Shown piece after piece: positions 30,866 through 40,469 of a DNA stretch of 64,000 nt. The DNA is taken from sequence record SRR31156797_707; one strand, written 5' to 3'. Within the stretch, counting starts at the first letter, position 1, and the number at the start of each line of letters is the position of its first letter. The position numbers were made by a program, and so were the translations under genes. The notes below the pieces were generated by a model, which was not told where the DNA came from, did not search any database, and was given only the letters and a program-made list of their open reading frames with translations.

Positions 30866-31240
30866 ATGATTATAGATCCTAGCATAGTTTTAACATGGGT
30901 ACTCTTTCTTGCTCTTTTCCCGATGGTTTTCTTTTGGGGTCGCCGTGCTTACAAAATCTTCTTTAAAAAAGATTACTCAGAAGTAGCTTTAAAGCGTGGA
31001 GAGTCTCCGAAAAATCCTAAAAAATGGGCTCCGGTCTCAGGTGCTATCAATTTTATCGCTGCTCTGGTTGCTCTCTGGACAATTCTCGGTGTTGTAGCCC
31101 TTGGCTACCCTTATTCGAAGTGGTCTGCGATGGCTGGATGTACAATCTGGGCAAAGATTTTCGCTGACTGGATACTCCGCAATCAGGCTCACCCTTTTGT
31201 TTTCGGCAGGAAAAAAAAGGCTGAAGCTGTAGCCAGCTAA
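30866..31240 (+). CDS. hypothetical membrane protein
   Basis: AAGGAG RBS; about three hydrophobic segments. Confidence 0.75.
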   Translation: MIIDPSIVLTWVLFLALFPMVFFWGRRAYKIFFKKDYSEVALKRGESPKNPKKWAPVSGAINFIAALVALWTILGVVALGYPYSKWSAMAGCTIWAKIFADWILRNQAHPFVFGRKKKAEAVAS

Positions 31241-31268
31241 TTAATTTACATTTTTACGTCTTTATATT

Positions 31269-31298
31269 AAAAAAAGTCTCCTTAGGGGGACTTTTTTT
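31269..31298 (+). terminator. intrinsic terminator
   Basis: AAAAAAGTCTCC-TTAG-GGGGACTTTTTTT. Confidence 0.8.
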
Positions 31299-31346
31299 GT
31301 TATTATTTATTATATTTTATTAATACAACTAAAAAGGGTCAGAACT

Positions 31347-33266
31347 ATGATGAAGTCACGTAAGCTCTCTGATTATGAGCCTTTCAAACAGCTCCCAAAA
31401 GACGTAGCAGAATCTATCGAATCCGCATCACAGTCCATCACCTATTCTGCTGAAACAATAATCTTCTCTCAGAAGGATGAACCTACAGGTTTTCTCTACT
31501 TTATCCAGCACGGTTCAGTAGAAATAATCTCTGAAACATCCGAAGGTGTGGAGATGATCGTTGATAACAGGGATACCGGTCAGTTCTTCGGCTGGACACC
31601 AATATTCACACATGAGGGGTATACTGCAGGTGCGAGAGCAGCAGAAAATTCCACATGTCTCCTTATCTCTGAACACGAGCTTAATAAAATAGCTAATGAC
31701 TACCCCGCTGTATCTAAATACTTTAACAGAGCGATCTATTCACGCATAAAGAAACTTTATAAAGATATGGTAAGCCAACACTCGATGGATCCTGTCGCTC
31801 AGATGGAAGCCTACCCTTTCCAGAAAAAGCTAACAGAGATAATGACAAAACCTGTTGCAACCTGTGGTGGTAACTCAACCGTCAGAGATATAGCGTTTAA
31901 AATGACAGAGCTAGGTGTAGCCGCACTGATTGTCATTAATGAATCAGGCAAGATGATAGGTATAGTAACTGAGAGAGACCTTGTTAAAAAGGTTCTCGCC
32001 AAAGATACTGTAGATTGCCTCAAGAGCTCTACCGCTGTCGATATTATGACTCCTGACCCTCATTTCATGTCTTCTGAGACATATATGTATGAAGCGGCTA
32101 CTTTTATGCTCACTCATAACATCAGACACCTCCCAGTTCTGGAGAATGGTGATATCGTAGGAATCGTAACCCAGTCTGATTTGATGAAATTCCGCAGTCA
32201 GAAATCTATGCTCCTCGTTGGTCACGCTAATGAGGCTGGCAGCATCCCTGAACTAAAAGCGACACACGACGAAATAGTTAACGTAGCGAGAGTTCTCCTC
32301 ATAGAGAACCGCTCACACGTCGAGACTATGGAAATCCTCTCATATATTCACCATAACGTTATCCGCAGATGCTACGAGATAGTCATGGACTCTATGGAGC
32401 GGGACGGATATAAAAAACCAGATATCAAATTCTGCTTCATAATCATGGGCAGCGGTGGCCGTAAAGAGATGCTGCTGGGACCTGATCAGGATAACGGTTT
32501 CATATTCGAAGACTTTCCTGACGAGATGCAGCAGGAGGTTGATGCTTACTTCATACCTTTCGCTGACAGGCTTGTAACAGCCCTCGCAGAGCTTGGCTAT
32601 CCACTTTGTAACGGTAAAGTGATGGTAAATAACCCTCAGTGGCGTGGCAGGCTTCAGGAGTGGAAGGACAGAGTTGCAAAATGGATTCAGGTTCCAGAGC
32701 CACAAAGGGTTCGCTACTCATCGATATTTTTCGACTTCATGCCTATCGCTGGCGAGGAATACCTTTGCAGCAGACTGCGAGACATCATTTATCAGCTGAT
32801 AAGTGATAACCGACTGTTTTTATACTCTATGATGGAGCTTGATTTCAAACATAAAGTACCGCTCGGTATACTGGGCAGGTTTATCACTCATAGCGAAAAA
32901 GAGCACAAAGGCGAGCTCTCTGTCAAAGAGAACGGAAGCATTTTCATAGTTGACTGTGTGCGCCTGTTCATACTTGAAAAAGGGATAGATGCCAGCACAA
33001 CACTAGACAGGCTGGATAAACTCCACGAGGAGAAACAGTTTAATAAAGCGACCGTAGAGCATATTAAAGCAGCTTTTGAAACTTTCACATACCTCAGACT
33101 TCACAATGAGATAAAGCTTATAGATCAGGGGAAAAAACCTAGCCACTTCATAAACCCTGATGAACTGACAGATGAGGAGACAGCAATCCTCAAAGAAGCC
33201 TTTAAAGTGGCGAGTAAACTTCAGGATTCTACTAAGAGGTATTTCTCGAAAATTGTGGGCAGGTAA
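31347..33266 (+). CDS. cNMP-binding + CBS pair + DUF294 nucleotidyltransferase
   Basis: cNMP domain (GQFFG), two CBS domains (GIVTERDL, IRHLPV), NTase motif MGSGGRKE....DQDNG, helical DUF294_C region. Confidence 0.9.
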   Translation: MMKSRKLSDYEPFKQLPKDVAESIESASQSITYSAETIIFSQKDEPTGFLYFIQHGSVEIISETSEGVEMIVDNRDTGQFFGWTPIFTHEGYTAGARAAENSTCLLISEHELNKIANDYPAVSKYFNRAIYSRIKKLYKDMVSQHSMDPVAQMEAYPFQKKLTEIMTKPVATCGGNSTVRDIAFKMTELGVAALIVINESGKMIGIVTERDLVKKVLAKDTVDCLKSSTAVDIMTPDPHFMSSETYMYEAATFMLTHNIRHLPVLENGDIVGIVTQSDLMKFRSQKSMLLVGHANEAGSIPELKATHDEIVNVARVLLIENRSHVETMEILSYIHHNVIRRCYEIVMDSMERDGYKKPDIKFCFIIMGSGGRKEMLLGPDQDNGFIFEDFPDEMQQEVDAYFIPFADRLVTALAELGYPLCNGKVMVNNPQWRGRLQEWKDRVAKWIQVPEPQRVRYSSIFFDFMPIAGEEYLCSRLRDIIYQLISDNRLFLYSMMELDFKHKVPLGILGRFITHSEKEHKGELSVKENGSIFIVDCVRLFILEKGIDASTTLDRLDKLHEEKQFNKATVEHIKAAFETFTYLRLHNEIKLIDQGKKPSHFINPDELTDEETAILKEAFKVASKLQDSTKRYFSKIVGR

Positions 33267-33339
33267 GCCCCATTGAATTTGGATTTATTTTTAAAATAAT
33301 GTTATATTTAATGTGCCAGTTATTGGTCAGAGGGACGTC

Positions 33340-35223
33340 ATGAGCAAGTATATGAATGAACTTATAAATAATTTTGAAAACTTTGAAAGGGTAAGTATGC
33401 CGACTGATGAGATCGAAAAGATCAAAGCATTCGGTGACGACTTTGAGGCTTCCTACGACTACCTCAGTAAAAAATATCTCATTTGGGAAGAGCCTTACTC
33501 TTCTGTCTATACAAAAAATCCCAACGGAGGAAACATATTCTTTAAGGGCGGCAAGATATGTCCGCTCAAAAACCTCCTTAGAAAACACTTAACGACCTCT
33601 AAGAAAAATAAAGCGGCGATGATATGGGCTGGAACAGACGGTTCCCAGAGGGTCTACACCTACCAGTCACTCTTCTCTGACGTAATAAAAGTAGCCTCAG
33701 CCATGAAAAAGCTGGGCATCAAAAAAGGTGACAGAGTCCTCATACACATGCCTAACATGCCGGAGCTTGTTGTTTACATGCTCGCCTGTACAAAGCTAGG
33801 CGCTGTACATATTGTCTACCACTCAAGCTACTCCTCTGAGTCACTCGCAGACAGGATAGATGATTGTAAGCCGTTGATTGTTGTCACCACTGACGAATCA
33901 ACAACCGGCGGTCACACTAACCTGAAGGAGAAAGTCAACTACGCCTTCGATAAGGTTACAAACGTTCCGAAATACTGCATTGTAGTTGAGAGAACACGTA
34001 AAAGAGTCCACATGAAGCCTCTCAGAGACTTCTGGCACCATGACATCATATCTGATGAAAAACACTCTAATGCGAGCGCCCTCCCCTATGAACCGCAGGA
34101 CGGTGATGCTCCTATGTTCATGCTTTACACATCGACAAACAGCGCAGAGCCAATTGCACTAACTTATACATACGGTGGTTATCTGCTCTGGGCTTACGTC
34201 TCTTATCTGATGCTTTTTGATATGAAAGATACAGATACCTACTGGTGTACAGCTGACATCTCATGGATAACCGGTCACTCTTACCTTATCTACGGCCCGC
34301 TTATGGCTGGTCAGACTATTATGATCTACGAAGACACTATCGATACTGATAACGCACAGAAATTCTATGACCTGTGTGACAAATTCAGCGTGAATAAAGT
34401 TTATACAACACCTTCTATGCTGCGCTCACTAATGAATGCGGCGCAGAAGAAGAAGGTTTTCAGAGGGCTAGATACTATTGAGCTTGTGGCTACCGGCGGT
34501 GAAAAGATGAGACAGGAAACCCTTCAGTGGGCTTCTGCTAAGCTATGCAAATATAAGGCTGCATTCATTGATGTTTACTCACTCACAGAGGCTGGAGGCG
34601 CTGTTTTCGCTCCTATACCTGGTGTTGGCGACCTTGAATACGGCTCAGTATCAAAAGCTCTCCCTTCCGTTCCTGCTAAGCTGTTTGACAAAACAACAAA
34701 AAAATACCTTACAGATTCTGAAAAACAGGGGGAGATTGTTTTCAGCAGACCTTTCCCATCACTTATAAAAAGTGTTTTCAATAAGCCTCACATGATGAAC
34801 TACTACTGGAAAGATATGGAAGATGGAAAATATTTCAGCACCGGAGACGGCGGTAAATATAACGAAAACGCCAATATGCAGCTCACCGGAAGACTTGATG
34901 ATGTACTCCATGTCGCAGGTAAAAGACTCAGCCTCCTTGAGATAGAGGAAGCTATAAAACAGTACGATAAAGTAAAAGAATGCGCCGTAATAAACTTTTC
35001 TGATGACAAAAGGGGTGAAAAGCTGATAGCCTTCTGCGTACCGCATAAAGAGATCGAAGAGAGTTATCATGATCAGACTGTGCGGGAGATTAGAGAGACC
35101 ATACTGGACGAGATTGGCGAAATGGCTATGCCCGGAGAGATTAGATTCTCAAGAACAATACCTAAATCACCTGACGGCAGTATCCTCAGAGACCTGCTGA
35201 AAGAGATCGCCAGCCAGATGTAA
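33340..35223 (+). CDS. acetyl-CoA synthetase homologue with degenerate catalytic motifs
   Basis: Acs-like WCTADISWITGHSYLIYGPL, YFSTGDG, GRLDD, but P-loop reads YTSTNSAEPIA and A10 reads PKSPDGSILR. ORF limit 33313. Confidence 0.85.
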   Translation: MSKYMNELINNFENFERVSMPTDEIEKIKAFGDDFEASYDYLSKKYLIWEEPYSSVYTKNPNGGNIFFKGGKICPLKNLLRKHLTTSKKNKAAMIWAGTDGSQRVYTYQSLFSDVIKVASAMKKLGIKKGDRVLIHMPNMPELVVYMLACTKLGAVHIVYHSSYSSESLADRIDDCKPLIVVTTDESTTGGHTNLKEKVNYAFDKVTNVPKYCIVVERTRKRVHMKPLRDFWHHDIISDEKHSNASALPYEPQDGDAPMFMLYTSTNSAEPIALTYTYGGYLLWAYVSYLMLFDMKDTDTYWCTADISWITGHSYLIYGPLMAGQTIMIYEDTIDTDNAQKFYDLCDKFSVNKVYTTPSMLRSLMNAAQKKKVFRGLDTIELVATGGEKMRQETLQWASAKLCKYKAAFIDVYSLTEAGGAVFAPIPGVGDLEYGSVSKALPSVPAKLFDKTTKKYLTDSEKQGEIVFSRPFPSLIKSVFNKPHMMNYYWKDMEDGKYFSTGDGGKYNENANMQLTGRLDDVLHVAGKRLSLLEIEEAIKQYDKVKECAVINFSDDKRGEKLIAFCVPHKEIEESYHDQTVREIRETILDEIGEMAMPGEIRFSRTIPKSPDGSILRDLLKEIASQM

Positions 35224-35236
35224 TACAGGAGAGATA

Positions 35237-35650
35237 ATGAAAGTTTCAGAGATTATGACAAGTAGTTTGATTACAGCCGGACCGGATGAGACTATCAGAG
35301 ATGTAATACTTAAGATGCGTAAGAAAAATGTGTCAGGACTTCCTGTTGTGGATAAAAACAACAAAGTGCTTGGTACTTTTAGCGAAACAGATGTAGCGAA
35401 GGCACTGCCTGACATACTTAACGAAGCTCAGTACATACCGCTTGTGGATGTGCGAGAGCTCACTAACGAACCTATTAAACGTGTTATGTGTATGCCGCCT
35501 AACACTATTAAAGCTGATACAAGCATTCAGGATGCGGCTAAGATCGTACTTGAAAAATTCAGACACAGACTCCCTGTAGTGGATGACAGCGGTCACCTCA
35601 TAGGGCTTGTGACTCTTGGGGATATCCTCAAAGCGCTATTGAATGAATAA
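35237..35650 (+). CDS. CBS-pair protein
   Basis: VSEIMT, SGLPVVD, HRLPVVD...GLVT..D. Confidence 0.92.
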   Translation: MKVSEIMTSSLITAGPDETIRDVILKMRKKNVSGLPVVDKNNKVLGTFSETDVAKALPDILNEAQYIPLVDVRELTNEPIKRVMCMPPNTIKADTSIQDAAKIVLEKFRHRLPVVDDSGHLIGLVTLGDILKALLNE

Positions 35651-35748
35651 CCAAAGTTAGCACCTTGCAACGAGCTGAGAGAGGATCATTTTGTGCTTTT
35701 AGGTTTTACGCATCATTACATAATGCTGATTTCACAAAAACCATAATA

Positions 35749-35851
35749 GTCATTCTGAGGAGCGGAAGCGACGTAAGAATCTGAAACCTAAAGGTTATCA
35801 CTTATCTTACGGATGAGATTGCCACGTCAGGCAAGCCTTCCTCGCAATGAC
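35749..35851. repeat. REP-like doublet, copy 3
   Basis: GTCATTCTGAGGAGCGGAAGCGACGTAAGAATCT...AGATTGCCACGTCAGGCAAGCCTTCCTCGCAATGAC. Confidence 0.9.
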
Positions 35852-35864
35852 GGAAAATGATAAC

Positions 35865-35893
35865 AAAAAAGGGGAACCGTATGGCTCCCCTTT
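35865..35893 (-). terminator. intrinsic terminator (possibly bidirectional)
   Basis: AAAAAAGGGGAACC-GTAT-GGCTCCCCTTT between convergent operons. Confidence 0.75.
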
Positions 35894-35995
35894 ATCTTTG
35901 CATATTAATTACTATATCAAGCGAACAACGTGAGCGACCAAACTTGGCAGCACAAAAGACTACTCACTTAACAATATTGCCGGCACTCAAAGTGC

Positions 35996-36226
35996 CTAGA
36001 TAGACTGTACTTCTTTAACTTCAGGTATCATGTCTTTAAGTCTAGCCTCAACACCGTGCTTAAGTGTCATAGTGCTGAATGGGCATGAGCCACATGCGCC
36101 TGTAAGCTGAACTTTAACAATACCGTCATCTGTAACGCCGATAAGATCTATGTCTCCGCCGTCAGCCTGAAGTGTAGGTCTTACCTGATCGAGTACTTCC
36201 TCAACCCTCTCTTTAAGTGTCGCCAT
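35996..36226 (-). CDS. Nfu/NifU C-terminal domain protein
   Basis: RPTLQADGGD, GACGSCP. Confidence 0.95.
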   Translation of the reverse strand: MATLKERVEEVLDQVRPTLQADGGDIDLIGVTDDGIVKVQLTGACGSCPFSTMTLKHGVEARLKDMIPEVKEVQSI

Positions 36227-36241
36227 GTATGTATCCTCCGA

Positions 36242-36679
36242 TTAATTTTCTTTCTTAACTATGTTAGCTTTCATCTCTTCAACTACAGCAGGGTCTTCAC
36301 CGATGCTTTTAAAATAGTCTTTGAGAGCTTCCTCAATAGCTTCCTCTGCCATAACAGAGCAGTGGATTTTTGCAGGTGGAAGTCCGCCGAGAGCGTCAAC
36401 GATAGCATCATTAGTGAGCTGGAGAAGCTCGTCAATGCTTTTGCCGATCATAAGCTCTGTAGCCATTGAGCTGGAAGCGATAGCCGCACCACAGCCGAAT
36501 GTTTTAAACTTAACATCTTCAACGATCTTGTCGTCAGATATTTTAAGGAAAATCTTCATAACGTCACCGCAAGCAGGGTTTCCTACTTCACCAACGCCGT
36601 TTGCATTCTCTATTTCACCCATGTTTCTCGGGTTCATGAAATGATCCATTACTTTTTCGCTATATGGTCCTTTTGACAT
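36242..36679 (-). CDS. iscU: Fe-S scaffold IscU/NifU-N
   Basis: HF.NPRN, PACGD, FGCG.AIASSS, LPPAKIHCS. Confidence 0.95.
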   Translation of the reverse strand: MSKGPYSEKVMDHFMNPRNMGEIENANGVGEVGNPACGDVMKIFLKISDDKIVEDVKFKTFGCGAAIASSSMATELMIGKSIDELLQLTNDAIVDALGGLPPAKIHCSVMAEEAIEEALKDYFKSIGEDPAVVEEMKANIVKKEN

Positions 36680-36700
36680 TGTATCCTCCTGAATTCTTGA

Positions 36701-37879
36701 TTATCTATTATACATAGGAGACATTTCGCAAAGCTTTTTAACTGTCTCAGGCATAACCTCGAGAACTTTGTCCACATCTTCCTCTGTGTTATATCTGGAC
36801 ATCGACATGCCCAGTGAGCCAGCACATATATCTGTTGGAACGCCTACCGCAGTAAGAACAGATGACTGTACAAGATCATCCTCATCCTCTGCAAGGATGT
36901 TGGACGAGCAAGCAGATCCGCTCGCGCATGCGATACCTTTGAGTGAAAGCCACATAAGGAGTGACTCACCTTCGATATATTCGATCCAAAAGCTAACATG
37001 CCCCGGTCTTCTTCTTGTATCATGCCCTGTGAAGTGGAGGAAGTCGAACTGACCGCCGAGCCCTTCCCAAAGTTTTTTCTGCATAGCTTCCAATTTAGGA
37101 ATATAGTCACCCATCTCAGCTTTTGCAATAGCGCATGCTTCGCCCATGCCGACAATGGCAGGTACATTCTCAGTTCCGCTTCTGTATCCACGTTCCTGAA
37201 AACCGCCGTCCATAAGACCTACGAGCTTTACGCCATCTCTTATATAAAGAGCCGAAGCCCCCTTAGGTCCGAAAAAGTTTTGTGAAGCGATGGAGAGCAT
37301 ATCACAGTTAAGCTTCTCTACATCAATCTCAACAAATCCGGCAGCAGCAATAGCGTCAACGTGGAAAGTTACGCCCTTCGCCTTGCATATTTCACCGAGC
37401 TTTTCGGTATACTGAATTGTACCGATCTCAGGGCTAACATACTGAATAGAAACGAGAACTGTATCATCCTTGATAGCTTTTTCAAGATCGTCAGGATTGA
37501 CAAGTCCGCTGTTATCGACTTTAAGCTTGGTAACTTCGTAACCTTCGCTTATCATCTTAGTAACTACAGTATCAACAGAGAAATGCTCGATTTCACTAAT
37601 GATGATGTGTTTACCTTTGTTTGAAGGGTTTTTGAGAAAACCTTTGATTGCAAGGTTGTTAGACTCTGTACCACTTGCAGTGAAAACTATATTTCCAGCT
37701 TTGGCGCCGATAAAATCAGCTACCTGAACTCTCGCAGCCTCCATAGCTTCGAAAGCTTCCCTGCCGATAGGGTAAAAATGTGCACTGGGGTTTCCGTAGT
37801 GCTCTGTAAAGTATGGCATCATCTTTTCGATAACACGCTGATCCGGTTTTGTGCCTGCTACATTATCAAGGTAGATCAT
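36701..37879 (-). CDS. iscS: IscS/NifS-family protein lacking the PLP lysine
   Basis: YLDN, GNPS, EH.SV, RSGTEN, SGSACSS; canonical S.HK.YGPKG reads ASQNFFGPKG. Confidence 0.88.
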   Translation of the reverse strand: MIYLDNVAGTKPDQRVIEKMMPYFTEHYGNPSAHFYPIGREAFEAMEAARVQVADFIGAKAGNIVFTASGTESNNLAIKGFLKNPSNKGKHIIISEIEHFSVDTVVTKMISEGYEVTKLKVDNSGLVNPDDLEKAIKDDTVLVSIQYVSPEIGTIQYTEKLGEICKAKGVTFHVDAIAAAGFVEIDVEKLNCDMLSIASQNFFGPKGASALYIRDGVKLVGLMDGGFQERGYRSGTENVPAIVGMGEACAIAKAEMGDYIPKLEAMQKKLWEGLGGQFDFLHFTGHDTRRRPGHVSFWIEYIEGESLLMWLSLKGIACASGSACSSNILAEDEDDLVQSSVLTAVGVPTDICAGSLGMSMSRYNTEEDVDKVLEVMPETVKKLCEMSPMYNR

Positions 37880-38688
37880 TAATCCTCTCCGGTAATATCT
37901 TTAAGTGCGTCAGTGATTTGCTTGACGATAGTATGTATATAATCCCCTGCGAAGGTCGCACGCTTTTTACTGCATGAAATCTGCGCTATAGCTTCTGTCC
38001 CGATAACATCCGAAAGAGTGCCGAAGCCATCTTCTTTAGTTATGCAGAAGTTAAAAGTACAATTTACATCTTTTTCAAAATATACGTCAAGAACAAATCC
38101 AGTGGATACCGGTATCATACGTACATCAACATCCACATCTGTGTCCTGCTTTAATTTATCCTTATAACCACTTAGGATTCCTTGATCTATATCAGAAAAG
38201 AACAAATTAAATGATAATCTGTCCTGAAAAACTTTGGCGTCAACAGATGTGAACGCAAAAAGCTCTCTCGTCTGACCGATCAGGTCATCTATCCCGCTCT
38301 TACCAAAAAGCGCAGCAGGAACTGTAGCAACAGCATCAGCTTTACCTTCAAGCCTATTAAGTATAAATGTTACAGGATCTTCGATAGTATACACCTCGTC
38401 CATAAGCCCTTCGAAAGAGCCGGTGAGGTCAATCACACTTCCGTCAAACTTTCTGATGCTCTCAACGTCCGCCTGAGGGTCTGATAAAACTATCAGAATT
38501 TCTTCATCAGTAAACTTTTCAACTTTGTTTACGTCGTACTCACCAGTGTTGGTTGTGATGGTCGTTCCAGCGAGGGAGCTTCCATAAACAACAACTCCGA
38601 TCGTCGGTAAGTCGGACTCAATTCTCTCAAGCACCTCTGCCAAAAGCAAATTTTCATTAGCATAAATGGCTGCGGTATATTCACGCAT
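37879..38688 (-). CDS. degenerate aspartate-semialdehyde dehydrogenase-like (Usg-like) protein
   Basis: G..GID.L..QT..LF, RLSFNL and VRMIPV..G resemble the Asd dimerisation domain; no GxxGxxG and no NC catalytic motif seen. Confidence 0.5.
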   Translation of the reverse strand: MREYTAAIYANENLLLAEVLERIESDLPTIGVVVYGSSLAGTTITTNTGEYDVNKVEKFTDEEILIVLSDPQADVESIRKFDGSVIDLTGSFEGLMDEVYTIEDPVTFILNRLEGKADAVATVPAALFGKSGIDDLIGQTRELFAFTSVDAKVFQDRLSFNLFFSDIDQGILSGYKDKLKQDTDVDVDVRMIPVSTGFVLDVYFEKDVNCTFNFCITKEDGFGTLSDVIGTEAIAQISCSKKRATFAGDYIHTIVKQITDALKDITGED

Positions 38689-38744
38689 AAAAACACCTTT
38701 CTTGTCTTATTATATTAATCGAGACTGGATTTTTTGCAAGCTTT

Positions 38745-39683
38745 TTATTTTTTAGAAGTATATCTAAGTCTGTCTTTGTCATTAACAGTAAACTTTAAGC
38801 CTTTGATAGGCTGCTTATAGGCACCCAGCCCGGCTATTGTTCTGTTGTTGTACGAAATAGAGACTACTGCTGCGTTACCTATGTCCATGACAAAGTGATC
38901 GTGAAAGACGATCTCACGCTGATTTCCTTTCTCAGCGATAAAGTCCATCTCTTCCTTTCCGTCTATGTTGATATGTACCCAGCAGACATCTGCGAAGTTC
39001 ACAATGGCGGTCTTAGCTGCGGCGAGCGGTTCATCAACCTCGTCAGGAAGAAAAGCGGAAAGTGCGGCAGGATTATCGTCCTCTTTAATTTCCTCACTCT
39101 CTTCTTTCACAGGTTCAGGTTTCTTCACTTCTTCCTTAACAGATTCAGGCTTAGTATCAGCTTTCGGAGCTTCTGCTGCCTCTTTATTTATATTTTCTAT
39201 AACTTCTTTCACTTCCTGCTTATCAACAGGAGTGTCAGCTTCTGCATCTATCTCTTTCTTAACTTCAGTGGTAGTTTCAGCTTTTTTGAGCTCTTGCCCC
39301 TTCTGCATAGCTGTGAAAACTTTATAACCAGCAAACGCAAGCACAGCGATTATTATTATAGGTATGATAAACTTACCACCTGACGGAGCAGATGTGGTCT
39401 CTTTGGTAACAGGAGCAGCTACATACTTGACCTCACGGTTGAAGTCCTCTTTAGTACACTCCTCATCGAACATCGCCTGTACACCCTCAAGGTCGAGCTT
39501 GAGATATGTAGCGTAATTCTTAACGAAATTCTTAGCGTGATTGTAAGACGGCATACCTTTGTATTCGCCATTCTCAAGTACCGCAATAATGTCCGCACTG
39601 ATTCTTGTCTCTTCTGTAGCCTTATCTATATCGTATCCAAGCGTCTCACGCTTATTTTTAAGTGTTGATCCTAGTTTGCTCAT
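38745..39683 (-). CDS. rodZ: RodZ-like protein (HTH - TM - DUF4115)
   Basis: LG..LK..RE...TRI...LENG...FVKNYA..L; single TM; CWV...GNA C-domain. Confidence 0.85.
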   Translation of the reverse strand: MSKLGSTLKNKRETLGYDIDKATEETRISADIIAVLENGEYKGMPSYNHAKNFVKNYATYLKLDLEGVQAMFDEECTKEDFNREVKYVAAPVTKETTSAPSGGKFIIPIIIIAVLAFAGYKVFTAMQKGQELKKAETTTEVKKEIDAEADTPVDKQEVKEVIENINKEAAEAPKADTKPESVKEEVKKPEPVKEESEEIKEDDNPAALSAFLPDEVDEPLAAAKTAIVNFADVCWVHINIDGKEEMDFIAEKGNQREIVFHDHFVMDIGNAAVVSISYNNRTIAGLGAYKQPIKGLKFTVNDKDRLRYTSKK

Positions 39684-39695
39684 CTTAAGTGCCCT

Positions 39696-40469
39696 TTATG
39701 AAATATTTTTCTCGTATATAAGCTTTAGCCCTTCCAGTGTGAGGTTCGGCTCATAGCTCTGAATATAGCTGCTCTCACCAGTAAAAACACTGCCGAGACC
39801 GCCTGTCGAAATCACTTTAACGTCTTCGCCTTCGAACTCTTCAGCGATAATCCTCTCAAGGATACCGTCCATCATAGCGAGATAGCCGTAATATATCCCT
39901 GACTGTATAGAATGTATAGTGTTTTTACCCACTACAGTATCAACCTTTTCTATTTCCACCTCAGGCAGTTTCGCCGTATTAGAGTGGAGTATCTGAGATG
40001 AGAGCTTTATACCCGGGCAGATGATTCCGCCGATATAGTCCCCCTCTTTATCTATTACATCAAAAGTTGTCGCTGTACCAAAATCTACGACAATAGCCGG
40101 AAAGCCAGCCATATGCTTTGCAGCCACAGCGTTCACAATCCTGTCAGCACCGACTTCCTTAGGGTTTTCCATCTTAATGCTTATGCCGGTTTTAACACCC
40201 GGAGCGATAATTATCGGCTCTATGTCGAGGTATTTCCTCGCAAGCTTGGAAAATGTATATATCAGCCTGGGTACAACAGAAGCGATGATAACCCCTGAAA
40301 GGTCGCTCGCCTTAATCCCTTCAGATTCCATAAGCCTCATAAGAGTGGAGGCATACTCGTCTGTGGTGCGCATAGTGTTGGACTGAACCCTGAAATTACT
40401 TCTTATCTCACCTTTATCAAAAATACCAATTACTACGTTAGTATTGCCTATATCAACGGCAAAAATCAT
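39696..40469 (-). CDS. coaX: type III pantothenate kinase
   Basis: DIGNTN, GADRI, DFGTATT, TGG. Confidence 0.96.
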   Translation of the reverse strand: MIFAVDIGNTNVVIGIFDKGEIRSNFRVQSNTMRTTDEYASTLMRLMESEGIKASDLSGVIIASVVPRLIYTFSKLARKYLDIEPIIIAPGVKTGISIKMENPKEVGADRIVNAVAAKHMAGFPAIVVDFGTATTFDVIDKEGDYIGGIICPGIKLSSQILHSNTAKLPEVEIEKVDTVVGKNTIHSIQSGIYYGYLAMMDGILERIIAEEFEGEDVKVISTGGLGSVFTGESSYIQSYEPNLTLEGLKLIYEKNIS

